Shown here: positions 50,317 to 60,893 of the stretch, piece by piece | How the letters are laid out: each line of letters starts with the position of its first letter | How positions within the stretch are numbered: the first letter of the stretch is position 1 | DNA from: an uncultured Gemmatimonadales bacterium | Lineage (GTDB): Bacteria > Gemmatimonadota > Gemmatimonadetes > Gemmatimonadales > GWC2-71-9 | Reading direction: 5' to 3' | DNA length: 64,000 nt | NCBI GenBank assembly: GCA_963842945.1 | Contig: CAWJIM010000006.1 | Span: forward strand, 87,280 to 151,279 | Notes under the pieces: generated by a model | The model's input: the letters and a program-made list of their open reading frames with translations, nothing else | What the model was told of the DNA's origin: nothing | Databases searched by the model: none | Program-made: the position numbers and the translations under genes

Positions 50317-51331
50317 GCGTGGCGCAAAGACTGTCTTAAGCTAAGCCGCCACGGAGTCCTGGCAAGCAGAATCGAGATCGAGAGCAGGTCCAGTGACGGC
50401 GGAGAAACCCAACCTGGTTGGAAACTGCGCTGAGTCTTCCCGTGAGGTCCACATGCGCACCGCCAAGAAGTCTCCAGAGCCAGCCACTTTGCCCCGAGCC
50501 CCGCTACTCGTTCTGCTGGCGGGCCTGGCCGCCTGCGGCGAACAGGCGAGGGTCGCATTTCGAGCTCGGCTTCCAGCACGGCATTCAGGGAGTTGAGCAC
50601 CTACATTGGTCGACAAACTGCGGCACGCGGGTAAATGGACGAAGCCGGCAACCTCCAACTCATTGCCGGGCTTCATTGCCCCTCCTGGGCTCGAGCCGCC
50701 AGGCCGAGCCCCAAAGAAAATAGCCGGTGCTCTTCCACCGGCCATATGGCTGCGCCCAATCAGGACCGGCTTTCTCACGCCGCGTCACGCTTCCGGCGCT
50801 TTGCCCCTTTTCTGATTCGCTGCTGCTCGCCGTACCACTCCTCGCTTCGGTCGTCGGCCGCGCCTCCCGCGACAAAGATCGCGCAGATCGCCACGACCAG
50901 AAGGAGCCACACGCACGCGCCAAGAAGAATGAGCACGCTTTGAGCACCGCAATGTGAGTGCCCGCACGCGAGTATCCTACCAGCAGGATCGACAAGGATA
51001 TCGAGCAGGAAACAGGTCAAGCCTTGGGGGTTGTTCTCTCAGGTTGCGAGGCCATGAGTTACGACGCGATGCAGCGACTTGCAGGAACCCCAGGGAAGGT
51101 CCGTGGCCCGGGTGATCTCCATAGAATTCGAGAACTATCCCCAGCCCTGCGCTTGTCCCCAAGAACTATTCCAAAACGTAGATGGACACCTTAATCTCGG
51201 CAGATACTCTACTCTGGGAACGCCAATGCCATGACATCGAACCGAACAACGCGGCCGCACTTTAAAGTTGACGAAAGCGAGGGTAAGTAAACCCGGACCA
51301 GCCTGTGGGCGCACGCGGTTCCGTGCGTCGC

Positions 51332-51802
51332 CTAGTTCTGGGGATCGTCGGCCGGATTCACGTAGATGACCTTCCACGGTCCCATCCCGCTCACCTGGGT
51401 TACGGTGGGTCCTTTCGCTTCGACGAAGTGATGGGTGCCCGGCGGCATCACGGCGAAGCTTCCGGCCGGGAGCGACTTCAGCGCGGCAGCGTCGAACTTA
51501 TCGCCCACCCCCCAGCGGTAAGTCCCTTGGAGCACCGTCACCCGTTCGGCTACCGGGTGGAAATGGGGACCGATTCGATAACCATCCGGAAACGAGACCC
51601 GCATCGTGAAGGGACCAGCCTTCTGGGGGTCCCCCTCGAGGACCGACATTTTCGCCCCGGGCGGAATCCTGGGCGATGCCGGTGACCAGGTGACTTGGTC
51701 GGGCGTCAGCATGACGGCGCGGTGCCCGGCCGTGGGCGCATCCTGTGCGAGGGCTATTCCGGCGTAAAGGGAAAAGCCGAAGACAAAGAGAATCGGTCGC
51801 AT
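51332..51802 (-). CDS. Secreted cupin-domain protein
   Basis: Signal peptide MRPILFVFGFSLYAGIALAQ. Cupin motifs GPHFHPVAERVTVLQG and MPPGTHHF. Confidence 0.75.
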   Translation of the reverse strand: MRPILFVFGFSLYAGIALAQDAPTAGHRAVMLTPDQVTWSPASPRIPPGAKMSVLEGDPQKAGPFTMRVSFPDGYRIGPHFHPVAERVTVLQGTYRWGVGDKFDAAALKSLPAGSFAVMPPGTHHFVEAKGPTVTQVSGMGPWKVIYVNPADDPQN

Positions 51803-52007
51803 GGCAGGCTTCCAGTAGCAGATGACTGTCAGTCGCGAAGACAATCTGCGAAGCGGTTTCCGAGATGGCCAGCACGCGGTCTCTCCATGTCGGGCCTGCA
51901 GAGATGGTAATCAGCTTCCAGCCGGCCGCCATGCGCGCTGATGCCGCGCCCTTGTGTGGCTCCGCCTTACGCGGCAAATTGGCCAGAGGCTCCCATCTGG
52001 CTTCGCC

Positions 52008-52582
52008 ATGGACAATCCCCAGCCCGATATCGGTGAGGTCACGCGGCTGCTTCGGAGCGCGCGGGCGGGGACCGGCCGCGCTCGAACTGCTGGTCCCCCT
52101 GGTCTACGAGGATCTGCGCCGGCTGGCCCGGCTGCAGCTGGGGCACGAGTTCGGCGAGCGCACCCTGAACGCCACCGCGCTGGTGCATGAGTCCTACCTC
52201 AAGCTCGGCGCGGGAGCATTCGCCGCCACTGATCGGGCCCACTTTCTCGCCATCGCGGCCCGCGCGATGCGCCAGGTGCTGGTCGATCACGCCCGCGACC
52301 GCAAAGCCGCCAAACGCGGTGGCGGGTCATGGGAGCGCACCACGCTGACCGACGGCGCCTGGGTAGCGGGAGTTCGATCCTGACGGCGTTCTCCAGCTGG
52401 AAGAGGCCGTCGCCGCCTTGGAGCCACGCCAGCGGCAAGTCGTCGAGTGCCGATTCTTCGGTGGCATGGAAGAGCAGGAGATCGCAGAGGCCCTCGGCGT
52501 CTCCGAGCGCACGGTGCACCGCGACTGGATGAAGGCGCGTGCCTGGCTCTACCGCTACTTCTACCCCGAGTCCACCCGGTGA
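52008..52582 (+). pseudogene. ECF sigma factor, TIGR02999/ECF43-like, with two frame disruptions (about 52071 and 52369)
   Basis: MDNPQPDIGEVTRLLRSARAG, then (P)AALELLVPLVYEDLRRLA...ALVHESYLKL...RDRKAAKRGG, then EFDPDGVLQLEEAVAALEPRQRQVVECRFFGGMEEQEIAEALGVSERTVHRDWMKARAWL lie in three successive frames. Confidence 0.8.
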
Positions 52583-55500
52583 GCGCAGCCCTCGATCAGA
52601 CAATCCGCTTTTGCACCTCCGCCGACGGCGCGCGCATCGCCTACGCGACCGTCGGGAGCGGGCCGCCCGCTGGTCAAGGCCGCCAACTGGCTCAGTCACC
52701 TGGAGTTCGACAACAACAGCCCGGTGTGGCGTCACTGGATCCGGGAACTTTCCCGGTCCCACACGCTGGTCCGCTACGACGAGCGCGGCTGCGGCCTCTC
52801 CGACTGGCAGGTCGACGAGTTCTCGCTCGATGCCTGGGTGCGGGATCTCGAGGCCGTGGTGGACGCCCTGGAGCTGGAGCGGTTTCCGCTCCTCGGTATC
52901 TCGCAGGGTGGCGCCATCGCGATCGCCTACGCCACCCGCCATCCCGAGCGGGTCAGCCACCTCATACTGTATGGGAGCTACGCCCGGGGTCAGTCTCACC
53001 GCGGACTCTCTGATCGCGAGCGCGAGGAGCGTGAGCTCCTCCTCAGCCTGATCCGGGTCGGCTGGGGCAAGGACCATCCGGCCTTCCGCCAGGTCTTCAC
53101 CAGCCTGTTCATCCCCGACGGGACACCCGAGCAGGTCAACTGGTTCAACGAGCTCCAGCGGATTTCGGCGCACGCCTGAGAACGCCGCCCGCATGTGCGC
53201 CGCTTCTTCACATGCCTTGGACGTGCGGGAGCTGGCTCCCCAAATCCGAATCCCGACTCTGGTGCTGCACGGCACGGGCGACCTGCGGATTCCCTTTGCC
53301 GAGGGTCGTCTGCTGGCCTCGCTGATTCCGGGTGCCCGGCTGGTGCCGATCGAGAGCCGCAATCATCTCATCCTCGAGTCCGAGCCGGGGTGGCGCCGTT
53401 TTCTCGCGGAGGTGCGGAGCTTCCTCGGCGTTCCGCCGAGGCCCCCGAGCGGCCCCGCATCGCGGCGGCAACGGATCGAGGCGCTGTTCGACGAGGCACT
53501 CGATCTCGCAGCCCGGCGATCGCGCGCGAGCTCCTGGCCCGGGACTGCGCAGGGCGACCCGGAGCTCCGGCGCGAGGTGGAGGCGCTGCTGGCGGCCGCT
53601 GAACGGAGTGGCGTGACCGCCAGCTTGCCGGATGCCGTGGCGGGTCCCGCAGCGCAACCCACCGTCGCCGCCGGCCCGGACGATCTCCCAGTATGAGATC
53701 GTCGACCAGCTTGGGGCGGCGGCATGGGAGTGGTCTACAAGGCGCGGGACCGGCGGCTGCAGCGGTTGCGTGGCGCTCAAGTTTCTTTCGCCATCGTTGA
53801 GCGCCGATCAGGAGCTGAAGCTCCGCTTCCTGCAGGAGGCCAAGGCGATCGCCTCACTCGACCACCCCAACCTCTGCACCATCTTCGAGATCGCGGAGCC
53901 GGAGGACGGGCAGCTCGTGCATCGTCATGCCCTTTTATGAGGGCGAGACCCTCAAGCAGAAGCTTGCCCGCGGGCCGCTGCCGGTGTCCCAGGCGCTCGA
54001 CTACGCGCTCCAGATCGCCGAGAGGGCTGGCCCATGCCCACGCCGCCGGCGTCGTGCATCGGGACATCAAGCCTGCCAACATCGTGGTGACGTCCGGCGG
54101 CCGGGTGAAGATCCTCGACTTCGGCATCGCCAAGGTATCCCACGCCGACGCGAATCTCACCCGGACGGGCGCGGTGCTGGGTACGGTCGCCTACATGAGC
54201 CCGGAACAGTCGCGCGGCGAGCCGGTGGACCAGCGAAGCGATCTGTGGGCACTCGGCGTGGTGCTCTACGAGATGATCACGGGCCGGGCCCCATTCACGG
54301 CCGACTCCCTCGAGGCGCTGTTCTACGCCGTCCAATGGCGGCACCCGGAGGAGCATCACGGCGCTCCGCCCGGAGGTGCCGCCCGCGCTGGAGGCACTGG
54401 TGCACCGCCTCCTAGAGAAGGAGCCGGTTCATCGCTACCAGGACGCCATCACTGTCGCCGCAGAGCTCGACATACTCCGCACCGAACTGAACGCATCCTC
54501 AACCCAGGATCCGAGGCCAGTACGCGCGCGGTCGCATGGCTCGTCATCGATGGTGGGTGGCGACTCACCCGCGGGGGCGCGGGCGGCTCCAGCCGGGGTC
54601 GACCATCTGGAGCGTGCAAGGTCGGCCTTCGCGCGCGCGGACTGGCGAGAGGCGTACTCGGCCCTGGCTGCAGCGGATGTGGAGGGCTCGCTGCAGGCCG
54701 AAGATCTGGAGCGGTTCGCAGAAGCCGCCTGGTGGCTGTCGAATGGACCGGCGTGCGTACGCGCTCGGGAACGGGCGTACCGGCAGTACGTCCAACGTGG
54801 CGAGCCTCGCGCCGCAGCGTCGGTCGCGCTCGCCCTGGCGGAGGATCATTTTCACCGCCTGGCGCGGTCAGTCGGGCAAGGATGGCTTCGGCGGGCTGAG
54901 CGACACTTGAAGGGGCTGCCGGACCGCTCCGAGCACGGCTGGCTCAACCGACTCCGGTTCGTGGTCGCGTTGGACGAGGGAAGGCCGGACGCAGCCGTGG
55001 AATACGCCGACCGGGCTCTCGAGATCGCACGGCGTGTCGGCGACGCCGACCTCGAGGCCCTGGCCTTGCAGGACCGGGGTCGGGCCCTGGTGACGCTCGG
55101 CCAGGTGAAGGAAGGCATGGCACTCATCGACGAGGCGATGACCGCAGCGACCGCCGGTGAGCTGACGCCGCGTACCACCGGCAGGGCCTACTGCAACATG
55201 CTCAGTATCTGCAAGCGGCTGGGAGACTTCGGGCGGGCGGCGGAGTGGTCCGAGGCCGCGCAGACCTGGTGTGAGCCCCACGCCGAGTCCGGATATCCGG
55301 GTATCTGCCGGGTTCATCGTGCCGGAATACTTCGGCTCCGAGGTGCCCTGACGAAAGCGGAGCACGAGGCGCGGCGCGCGGCGACGGAGCTGGAGGATTT
55401 CCTGACCGACGTGGCAGGCGAGGCGTTCTACGAGCTGGGTGAGATCCGCCTGCGCATGGGCGATCTGCCCGCCGCGGCCGAGATGTTCGGTCAGGCACAC

Positions 55501-55990
55501 TCGCGGGGCCGCGACCCGCAGCCGGGCCTTGCCCTCCTGCGAATGGCAGAGGGAAAGGTCGAGGCTGCGCGTTCCATGATCGAGCGCGCCCTGGTCGAGC
55601 TGGGGCTCACGATACTGGACCGGGCCAAACTGCTGCCCTCCGCAGTGGAGATCAGAGTCGCCTGCGATGACATCCCGGGGGCTGATGATGCAGCATCCGC
55701 GCTGGAAACCATCACCGCCACCTACACCGCACCCGCACTCGTGGCCTTCGCCACTCAGGCGCGGGAGGGTCCAGCTCGCGCGAGGACAGGCCCAGCAAGC
55801 CATCTGGAACCTTCGGCGCGCCTGCCGGATCTGGACTGAGATCGACCTGCCGGTGGAGCTGGCCCAAACCAGGCTCCTGCTCTCTCGAGCATACTCAGCG
55901 CTGGGGAACATCGACGAGGCGGAACTGGAGGAGCGCACGGCGGAGGCAGCCATGGAACGCATCTTAAGGCAGCTCCGCTCGATGACCTGA
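52579..55990 (+). pseudogene. Fusion protein of alpha/beta hydrolase, a sigma-associated linker, a Ser/Thr kinase and a TPR/helical repeat region (STK4), with about 9 frame disruptions
   Basis: The GTG at 52579 overlaps the sigma stop codon (GTGA). Hydrolase text: YDERGCGLSDW, LLGISQGGAIA and LVLHGTGD. The linker is IEALFDEALDL...GDPELRREVEALLAAAE. Kinase text: [55 protein letters not shown]. These are followed by about 530 aa of helical repeats. Confidence 0.75.
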
Positions 55991-56081
55991 CCACTCCCCC
56001 GTGGGGCATGTCTGCTGGAATGTCATTCCTGCGCAGATACCTGGTGAGGACCACAATGCACCCGAACCAGGAGCGACAACC

Positions 56082-57494
56082 ATGGCACGCCTGCGTCCCG
56101 ACCCATCCTTCTACCCCTCCCCCAAGCTGGCCATGGAGGCCCCGCGCGAACGGCTGGCGTACGTGGCCCTGCTCAGCAGCAGCGAGAACGGCCAGCGCGA
56201 CGCCATCGGCGTCGTGGATACCGATCCCGATAGCCCCGCGTTCGGTCGACTGGTGGGGCGCACCGAGTTCCCTCAGGGCGGCAACGAGCTGCACCACTTC
56301 GGCTGGAATGCCTGCAGCTCGCACTTGTGTCCCTGGGCGGCCAACGCCCATGTCGAGCGGCGATACCTCATCGTGCCGGGGACCCACTCTTCGCGGATTC
56401 ATATCCTCGATACCCAGCCCAATCCAAGGCAGCCCGCCCTGGTGAAGGTGATCGAGGGCGACGAAGTGATGAAGAAGACCGGCTATGCCGCGCCGCACAC
56501 GGTGCACTGCGGGCCCGATGGGATCTACCTGAATGCCCTCGGGGCCCCCGATGGGAACGGCCCCGGCGGCATCTTCACCCTCGACCATGAGACCTTCGAG
56601 GTGAAGGGCCGGTGGGAGCAGGACCGCGGGCCGCAGTATCTGGCCTACGATTTCTTCTGGCACCTGGGTCACGACACCATGATCACCAGCGAGTGGGGTA
56701 CGCCCAACATGGTCAAGGATGGGGTGAACCCCGAGCTGCTGCTGGCGGGCAAGTACGGCCGACAAGCTGCACGTCTGGGACCTGCGCAAGCGGACGCACC
56801 TCCAGGAGCTCGACCTCGGCGCCGAGCAGCAGATGGTGCTCGAGCTCCGGCCGGCGCACGACCCGACCTGTGCCTACGGCTTCGTCGGTGTCGTGCTGTC
56901 GCTCGCCGACTTGTCCAGCTCGATCTTCCTCTGGTACCTCGACGGCTCCAGCGGGAACGGGGGCGAGTGGAAGGCGAAGAAGGTGATCACGATTCCGGCG
57001 ATCCCCGCCGATGAGGCCGATCTGCCGCCGCTTCTCAAGGGATTCAAGGCCGTGCCCCCGCTGGTCACCGACATCAACCTGTCGGTCGACGACCGGTTCC
57101 TCTACGTGTCGTGCTATGGCACCGGCGAGCTCCTGCAGTACGACGTTCGCGATCCGTTCAATCCGGTCTTCACCGGCAGCGTGAAGCTCGGTGGCATCGT
57201 GGCACGCAGCGCCCACAGCTCCGCGCCCGATCGGCCGCTCAACGGCGGTCCGCAGATGGTGGAGGTGAGCCGCGATGGCAGGCGAGTATACGTCACCAAC
57301 TCGCTCTACACCCCGTGGGACGCCCAGTTCTACCCCGACGGTATCAAGGGCTGGATGGCCAAGCTCGATGCGGCGCCGGGTGGCGGCATTGCTGCCGATC
57401 CGGGTTCTTCGTCGAGTTCGAGGATGGGCTTCGTCCCCACCAGGTGCGGCTGCAGGGCGGTGACGCGTCATCCGATTCCTTCTGCTACTCCTGA
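56082..57494 (+). pseudogene. Selenium-binding protein family (SBP56, methanethiol-oxidase-like) with two frame disruptions (about 56760 and 57406)
   Basis: MARLRPDPSFYPSPKLA, ELHHFGWNACSS, HTVHCGPDG and MITSEWG. After GKYG the text continues as DKLHVWDL. After ADPG it continues as FFVEFEDGLRPHQVRLQGGDASSDSFCYS*. Confidence 0.85.
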
Positions 57495-57510
57495 CGCGGA
57501 GGCACGGCAG

Positions 57511-58162
57511 ATGACCTGGACCTGGTGGGCGCTGTCGGCCCTGGGCGCTGGACACGGGCTCAACCCCGGGATGGGCTGGCTCTTCGCTGTCGCGCTCGGA
57601 ATGCAGGAAAAGAGGAGCCGCGCCGTGTGGCGCGCGCTCCCGCCGCTCGCGCTGGGTCATGCGCTGGCGGTCGGCGCCGCCGCTCTCGCGGCGGCGGCGC
57701 TGGGCCAGATCGTGTCGGTTGATGCGCTGAAGTACATCGTTGCCGCTTGCCTTCTCGCCTTGGCAGGTGTCCGGCTCGGCGGCACCGACACCCGCGCTAC
57801 GGCGGCATGCGGGTCGGATTTCGGGAGTTGACCACCTGGTCATTCCTGATGGCCACAGCCCACGGAGCCGGCCTCATGGTGCTGCCGCTGCTCGTCCGGA
57901 AACAGATATCACGGCCGTGGGAGTCACATGCAGGGCACGCCGCCTACGCCGCATCTGCAATTCCGCCGCTATCCGGGGCTCATGGAGGCGAGCCTCTGGG
58001 CCACTATTCGTCCACACCGCTGGCTACCTGCTCGTCACCGGCTCATCGCGGTGATCGTCTACCAAAGCTCGGACTTCGACTCTGCGAACGATGTGGATCA
58101 ATCTCGATCTCATTTGGGGTGGCGCGCTCCTCATGACCGGCGCGCTCACGCTGATCCTCTGA
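57511..58162 (+). pseudogene. Integral membrane protein of unknown function (His-containing TM motifs), frame-disrupted at 2 or more sites
   Basis: MTWTWWALSALGAGHGLNPGMGWLF, FLMATAHGAGLMVLPLL, HTAGYLLVTG and WINLDLIWGGALLMTGALTLIL* are found in different frames. Confidence 0.45.
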
Positions 58163-58318
58163 CCTGGAGATGAGCCGGTAAAACGCACAGTGATGCGTTA
58201 CGATTCGACATGGCGGCGCTCGAGGGCGCCGAGGATTTGCCCGACGACAGCAAGAAACGGCTCCGGGTCAAATGGCTGCGGCAAGAAAAGCCCTCCTCTT
58301 GAGACCATCCGGTAGGGG

Positions 58319-59200
58319 GTGCGTATGATCCGAAATCTGGTGCTCACCCTTCTGCTGATCGTAGTAGGCGTGATCGGGGTTGTCTTCCTGGGTAGTAATT
58401 ACCGACTCAATCGGAAATACTCGGTCGCGACAAGCCCGGTGTCCGAGCGGAGTGATAGCGCCTCGCTGGCGCGGGGGGACCATCTCTACCACAGTATCGG
58501 CTGCGCGATCTGTCACGGCGTAGATGGTGGTGGTGCGCTGTACCTGGACGCAGGCCCGATCGGGCTCGCCGCCGGGCCGAACCTCACTCGCGGTCGTGGC
58601 GGCATTGGGAGCAGCCGCTCCAACGGCGACCTGGTGCGAGCCATCCGCCACGGCGTACGCCCGGACAGTTCATCGCTGATCCTCATGCCGAGTGAGGTCT
58701 ACGTGCACCTCACCGACGAAGATCTCGGGGAGATGATCGGCTACCTCCGCCGGCTACCCCCCGTAGACCGGAAGCTGCCGGCGACCCATCTCCGGCTCCT
58801 GGGCCGGGCTTTACTAGCAGTAGGCAAGCTCAATCTGCTGGCCGCGCCCAAGACGCCTCCGTTTGCTCACCCCGCTGGAATCAGCCCCGGACCGACCGTC
58901 GCGTATGGCCGCTATCTGGCCGACATCGCCTCATGCCGCTCCTGTCACGGATCGGGGCTGTCCGGTGGTCCCATGGCCGCGCCCGGCGCGCCGCCGTCGT
59001 CCAACCTTACGCCCGCAGGGCTTTCGGCATGGAGCGAGAAGGACTTCTTCACCGCCATGCGCCGGGGGCGTCGCCCGGGCGGATCGATGCTGCACGAGAT
59101 CATGCCGTGGAAGGAGTTCCGCAACATGACCGACGAGGAGTTGGCGGCACTCTGGCAGTACCTCCGGTCGGTTCCCGCCAAGCCGTCTGGTGAGAGGTGA
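58319..59200 (+). CDS. Membrane-anchored di-haem c-type cytochrome
   Basis: Two CxxCH motifs (CAICH and CRSCH) and an N-terminal TM anchor LVLTLLLIVVGVIGVVFL. Confidence 0.8.
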   Translation: MRMIRNLVLTLLLIVVGVIGVVFLGSNYRLNRKYSVATSPVSERSDSASLARGDHLYHSIGCAICHGVDGGGALYLDAGPIGLAAGPNLTRGRGGIGSSRSNGDLVRAIRHGVRPDSSSLILMPSEVYVHLTDEDLGEMIGYLRRLPPVDRKLPATHLRLLGRALLAVGKLNLLAAPKTPPFAHPAGISPGPTVAYGRYLADIASCRSCHGSGLSGGPMAAPGAPPSSNLTPAGLSAWSEKDFFTAMRRGRRPGGSMLHEIMPWKEFRNMTDEELAALWQYLRSVPAKPSGER

Positions 59201-59414
59201 CTACCGGCCACCCGATGTACCGGGTAGCGTCGCCACCGGACTTGCCAAGAGCTCCTGAGGTCGGGCTGAGCAGGCTGCTGGCGTAGACAACCTGGATGGT
59301 GGCTTGTGACACGTGCGACGGAGGTGGGCCAGCTTGCGGAAGGATCTGTTGCTCACCCGAATATCGGAGTTTGCCGGCTGCCTTCCAGTTGTGTGTGCGC
59401 GGCTCGCGAATTGC

Positions 59415-60713
59415 TCACGTGCCACCACCCCGCCCCACCGAGTCCCCCGCCTGTTGGTCCTCCGCCACCTTCTCCACCGAAAACTCGCCCGTTACATCGG
59501 CGGACGACACGGTCAGGACCGCGACTGAGGCGGGGGATTCGGGCGGCAATGAATCGGCCAGTCCCCAGGCGAACGGCAGAGTAGCCAGTACCAGGAGTCC
59601 CGCAATCCAGAACGGCACACCCACCCCGAGGCGATCCATAAGGATGCCCGCGGCGACAGGGAATAGCACCCGCGAAACCCCACCGAAGGTGTGTTGGACC
59701 CCCATGTATAGCCCGCGCTGGTTGCCTGGGACTACCCGAGACAGGAGCCCGCTGACGCAAGGGAAGAGGAATGCGGTGCCGAGCGGCATCAGAGTAAAGC
59801 CGAGGAGGAGAATGCCGCCGTGTTTGGCCAGGCCGGTGCAGCCGAGGCCCATCGCCAACAAGACGAGCCCCAGCCTGGAGAGCCGCGCCTCACCCAGCAA
59901 TTCCACCATGCGCCCTAGCAGGAGTGAGCGCACCACCACGCCCATGCCGCCCAAGTACATGACGAAGTAGCCGATGTTCCGCTCGGTGACATCCAGCCGG
60001 TTCATGAGCAGGAGCGGCACGACCTGGATGGTTCCATAGAAGGCTCCGATGCCAATGGTGTAGATCCAGATGAGCCGCGAGGCCGGCTCATACCAGTGGG
60101 AGAGTACCCGTCCGATTGCCTGGCGCGGGCTGGTGCTGGAGGGGGCAGCGTGGGATCCGGCCGGCCGAGGCTGGTACGACTCGACCAGGAAGCGCGCGGC
60201 GAAACCCGCGACCAGGAGCGCCAGCGCGGCCGCGCCGATCCCGGGCGCCGCCCGGCCTCCCACGCTGATCATCACCGACCCGAACGCCGGGCCGGCCACG
60301 GCGCCTAGACTGGTCACGGCCGAGAGCCAGCCCAGGCTCTTGGTCCGCTCCTCCGGGGGTGAGGCATCGGCCACGTACGCCTGCACCACCCCGATCGTGC
60401 CGCCACCCAATCCTTGCACCAGCCGGGAGAGGAGCAGTACCAGCACCGATCCGGCGAAGGCGAAGATGACATAGGCACAGCTGGTGAGCAGCAGCCCCGC
60501 GAGTATGGCGGGCCGGCGGCCGTAGCGGTCGGAGAAGCTGCCCCACACCGGGGCCACAACCAGCTGAGCGACCGAGAAGGCGGAGACCAGCAGTCCCACC
60601 ACCGTTGCGCTGGCACCCAGCTCGGTGGCATAGAACGGCAGCAGGGGGACGATCATGGTGAGCCCCACCATGTCGACGAAGGCGGTCACGAACAGCACAA
60701 GCAGTCGCGCCAT
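59415..60713 (-). CDS. MFS transporter (DHA-like)
   Basis: ATG at 60713 (MARLLVLFVTAFVDMVG). GSFSDRYGRRP motif and a 12-TM pattern. Confidence 0.85.
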   Translation of the reverse strand: MARLLVLFVTAFVDMVGLTMIVPLLPFYATELGASATVVGLLVSAFSVAQLVVAPVWGSFSDRYGRRPAILAGLLLTSCAYVIFAFAGSVLVLLLSRLVQGLGGGTIGVVQAYVADASPPEERTKSLGWLSAVTSLGAVAGPAFGSVMISVGGRAAPGIGAAALALLVAGFAARFLVESYQPRPAGSHAAPSSTSPRQAIGRVLSHWYEPASRLIWIYTIGIGAFYGTIQVVPLLLMNRLDVTERNIGYFVMYLGGMGVVVRSLLLGRMVELLGEARLSRLGLVLLAMGLGCTGLAKHGGILLLGFTLMPLGTAFLFPCVSGLLSRVVPGNQRGLYMGVQHTFGGVSRVLFPVAAGILMDRLGVGVPFWIAGLLVLATLPFAWGLADSLPPESPASVAVLTVSSADVTGEFSVEKVAEDQQAGDSVGRGGGT

Positions 60714-60893
60714 GGTTAGAGCTCCCGAGGCACCAGCTCCACGCCCCGTTCCCCTTCTGCGATTGCCTCGGGTGCAGCGCGGGCTAGGAGATGGTTGCAG
60801 GAACAGCTCAACTCTTTGTCGGCGGTTGGACGGTCGAACAGCTGCTTGGGCCACCATCTGGCCTCGAGCGGAGGCCGAAGTACCTTAGACTCC

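Noticed and set aside
51295-51331. The hairpin CGCACG...CGTGCG just downstream of the cupin gene as an intrinsic terminator.
   Set aside because: The stem is only 6 bp and has no following U-tract on the coding strand, which is too weak to call.
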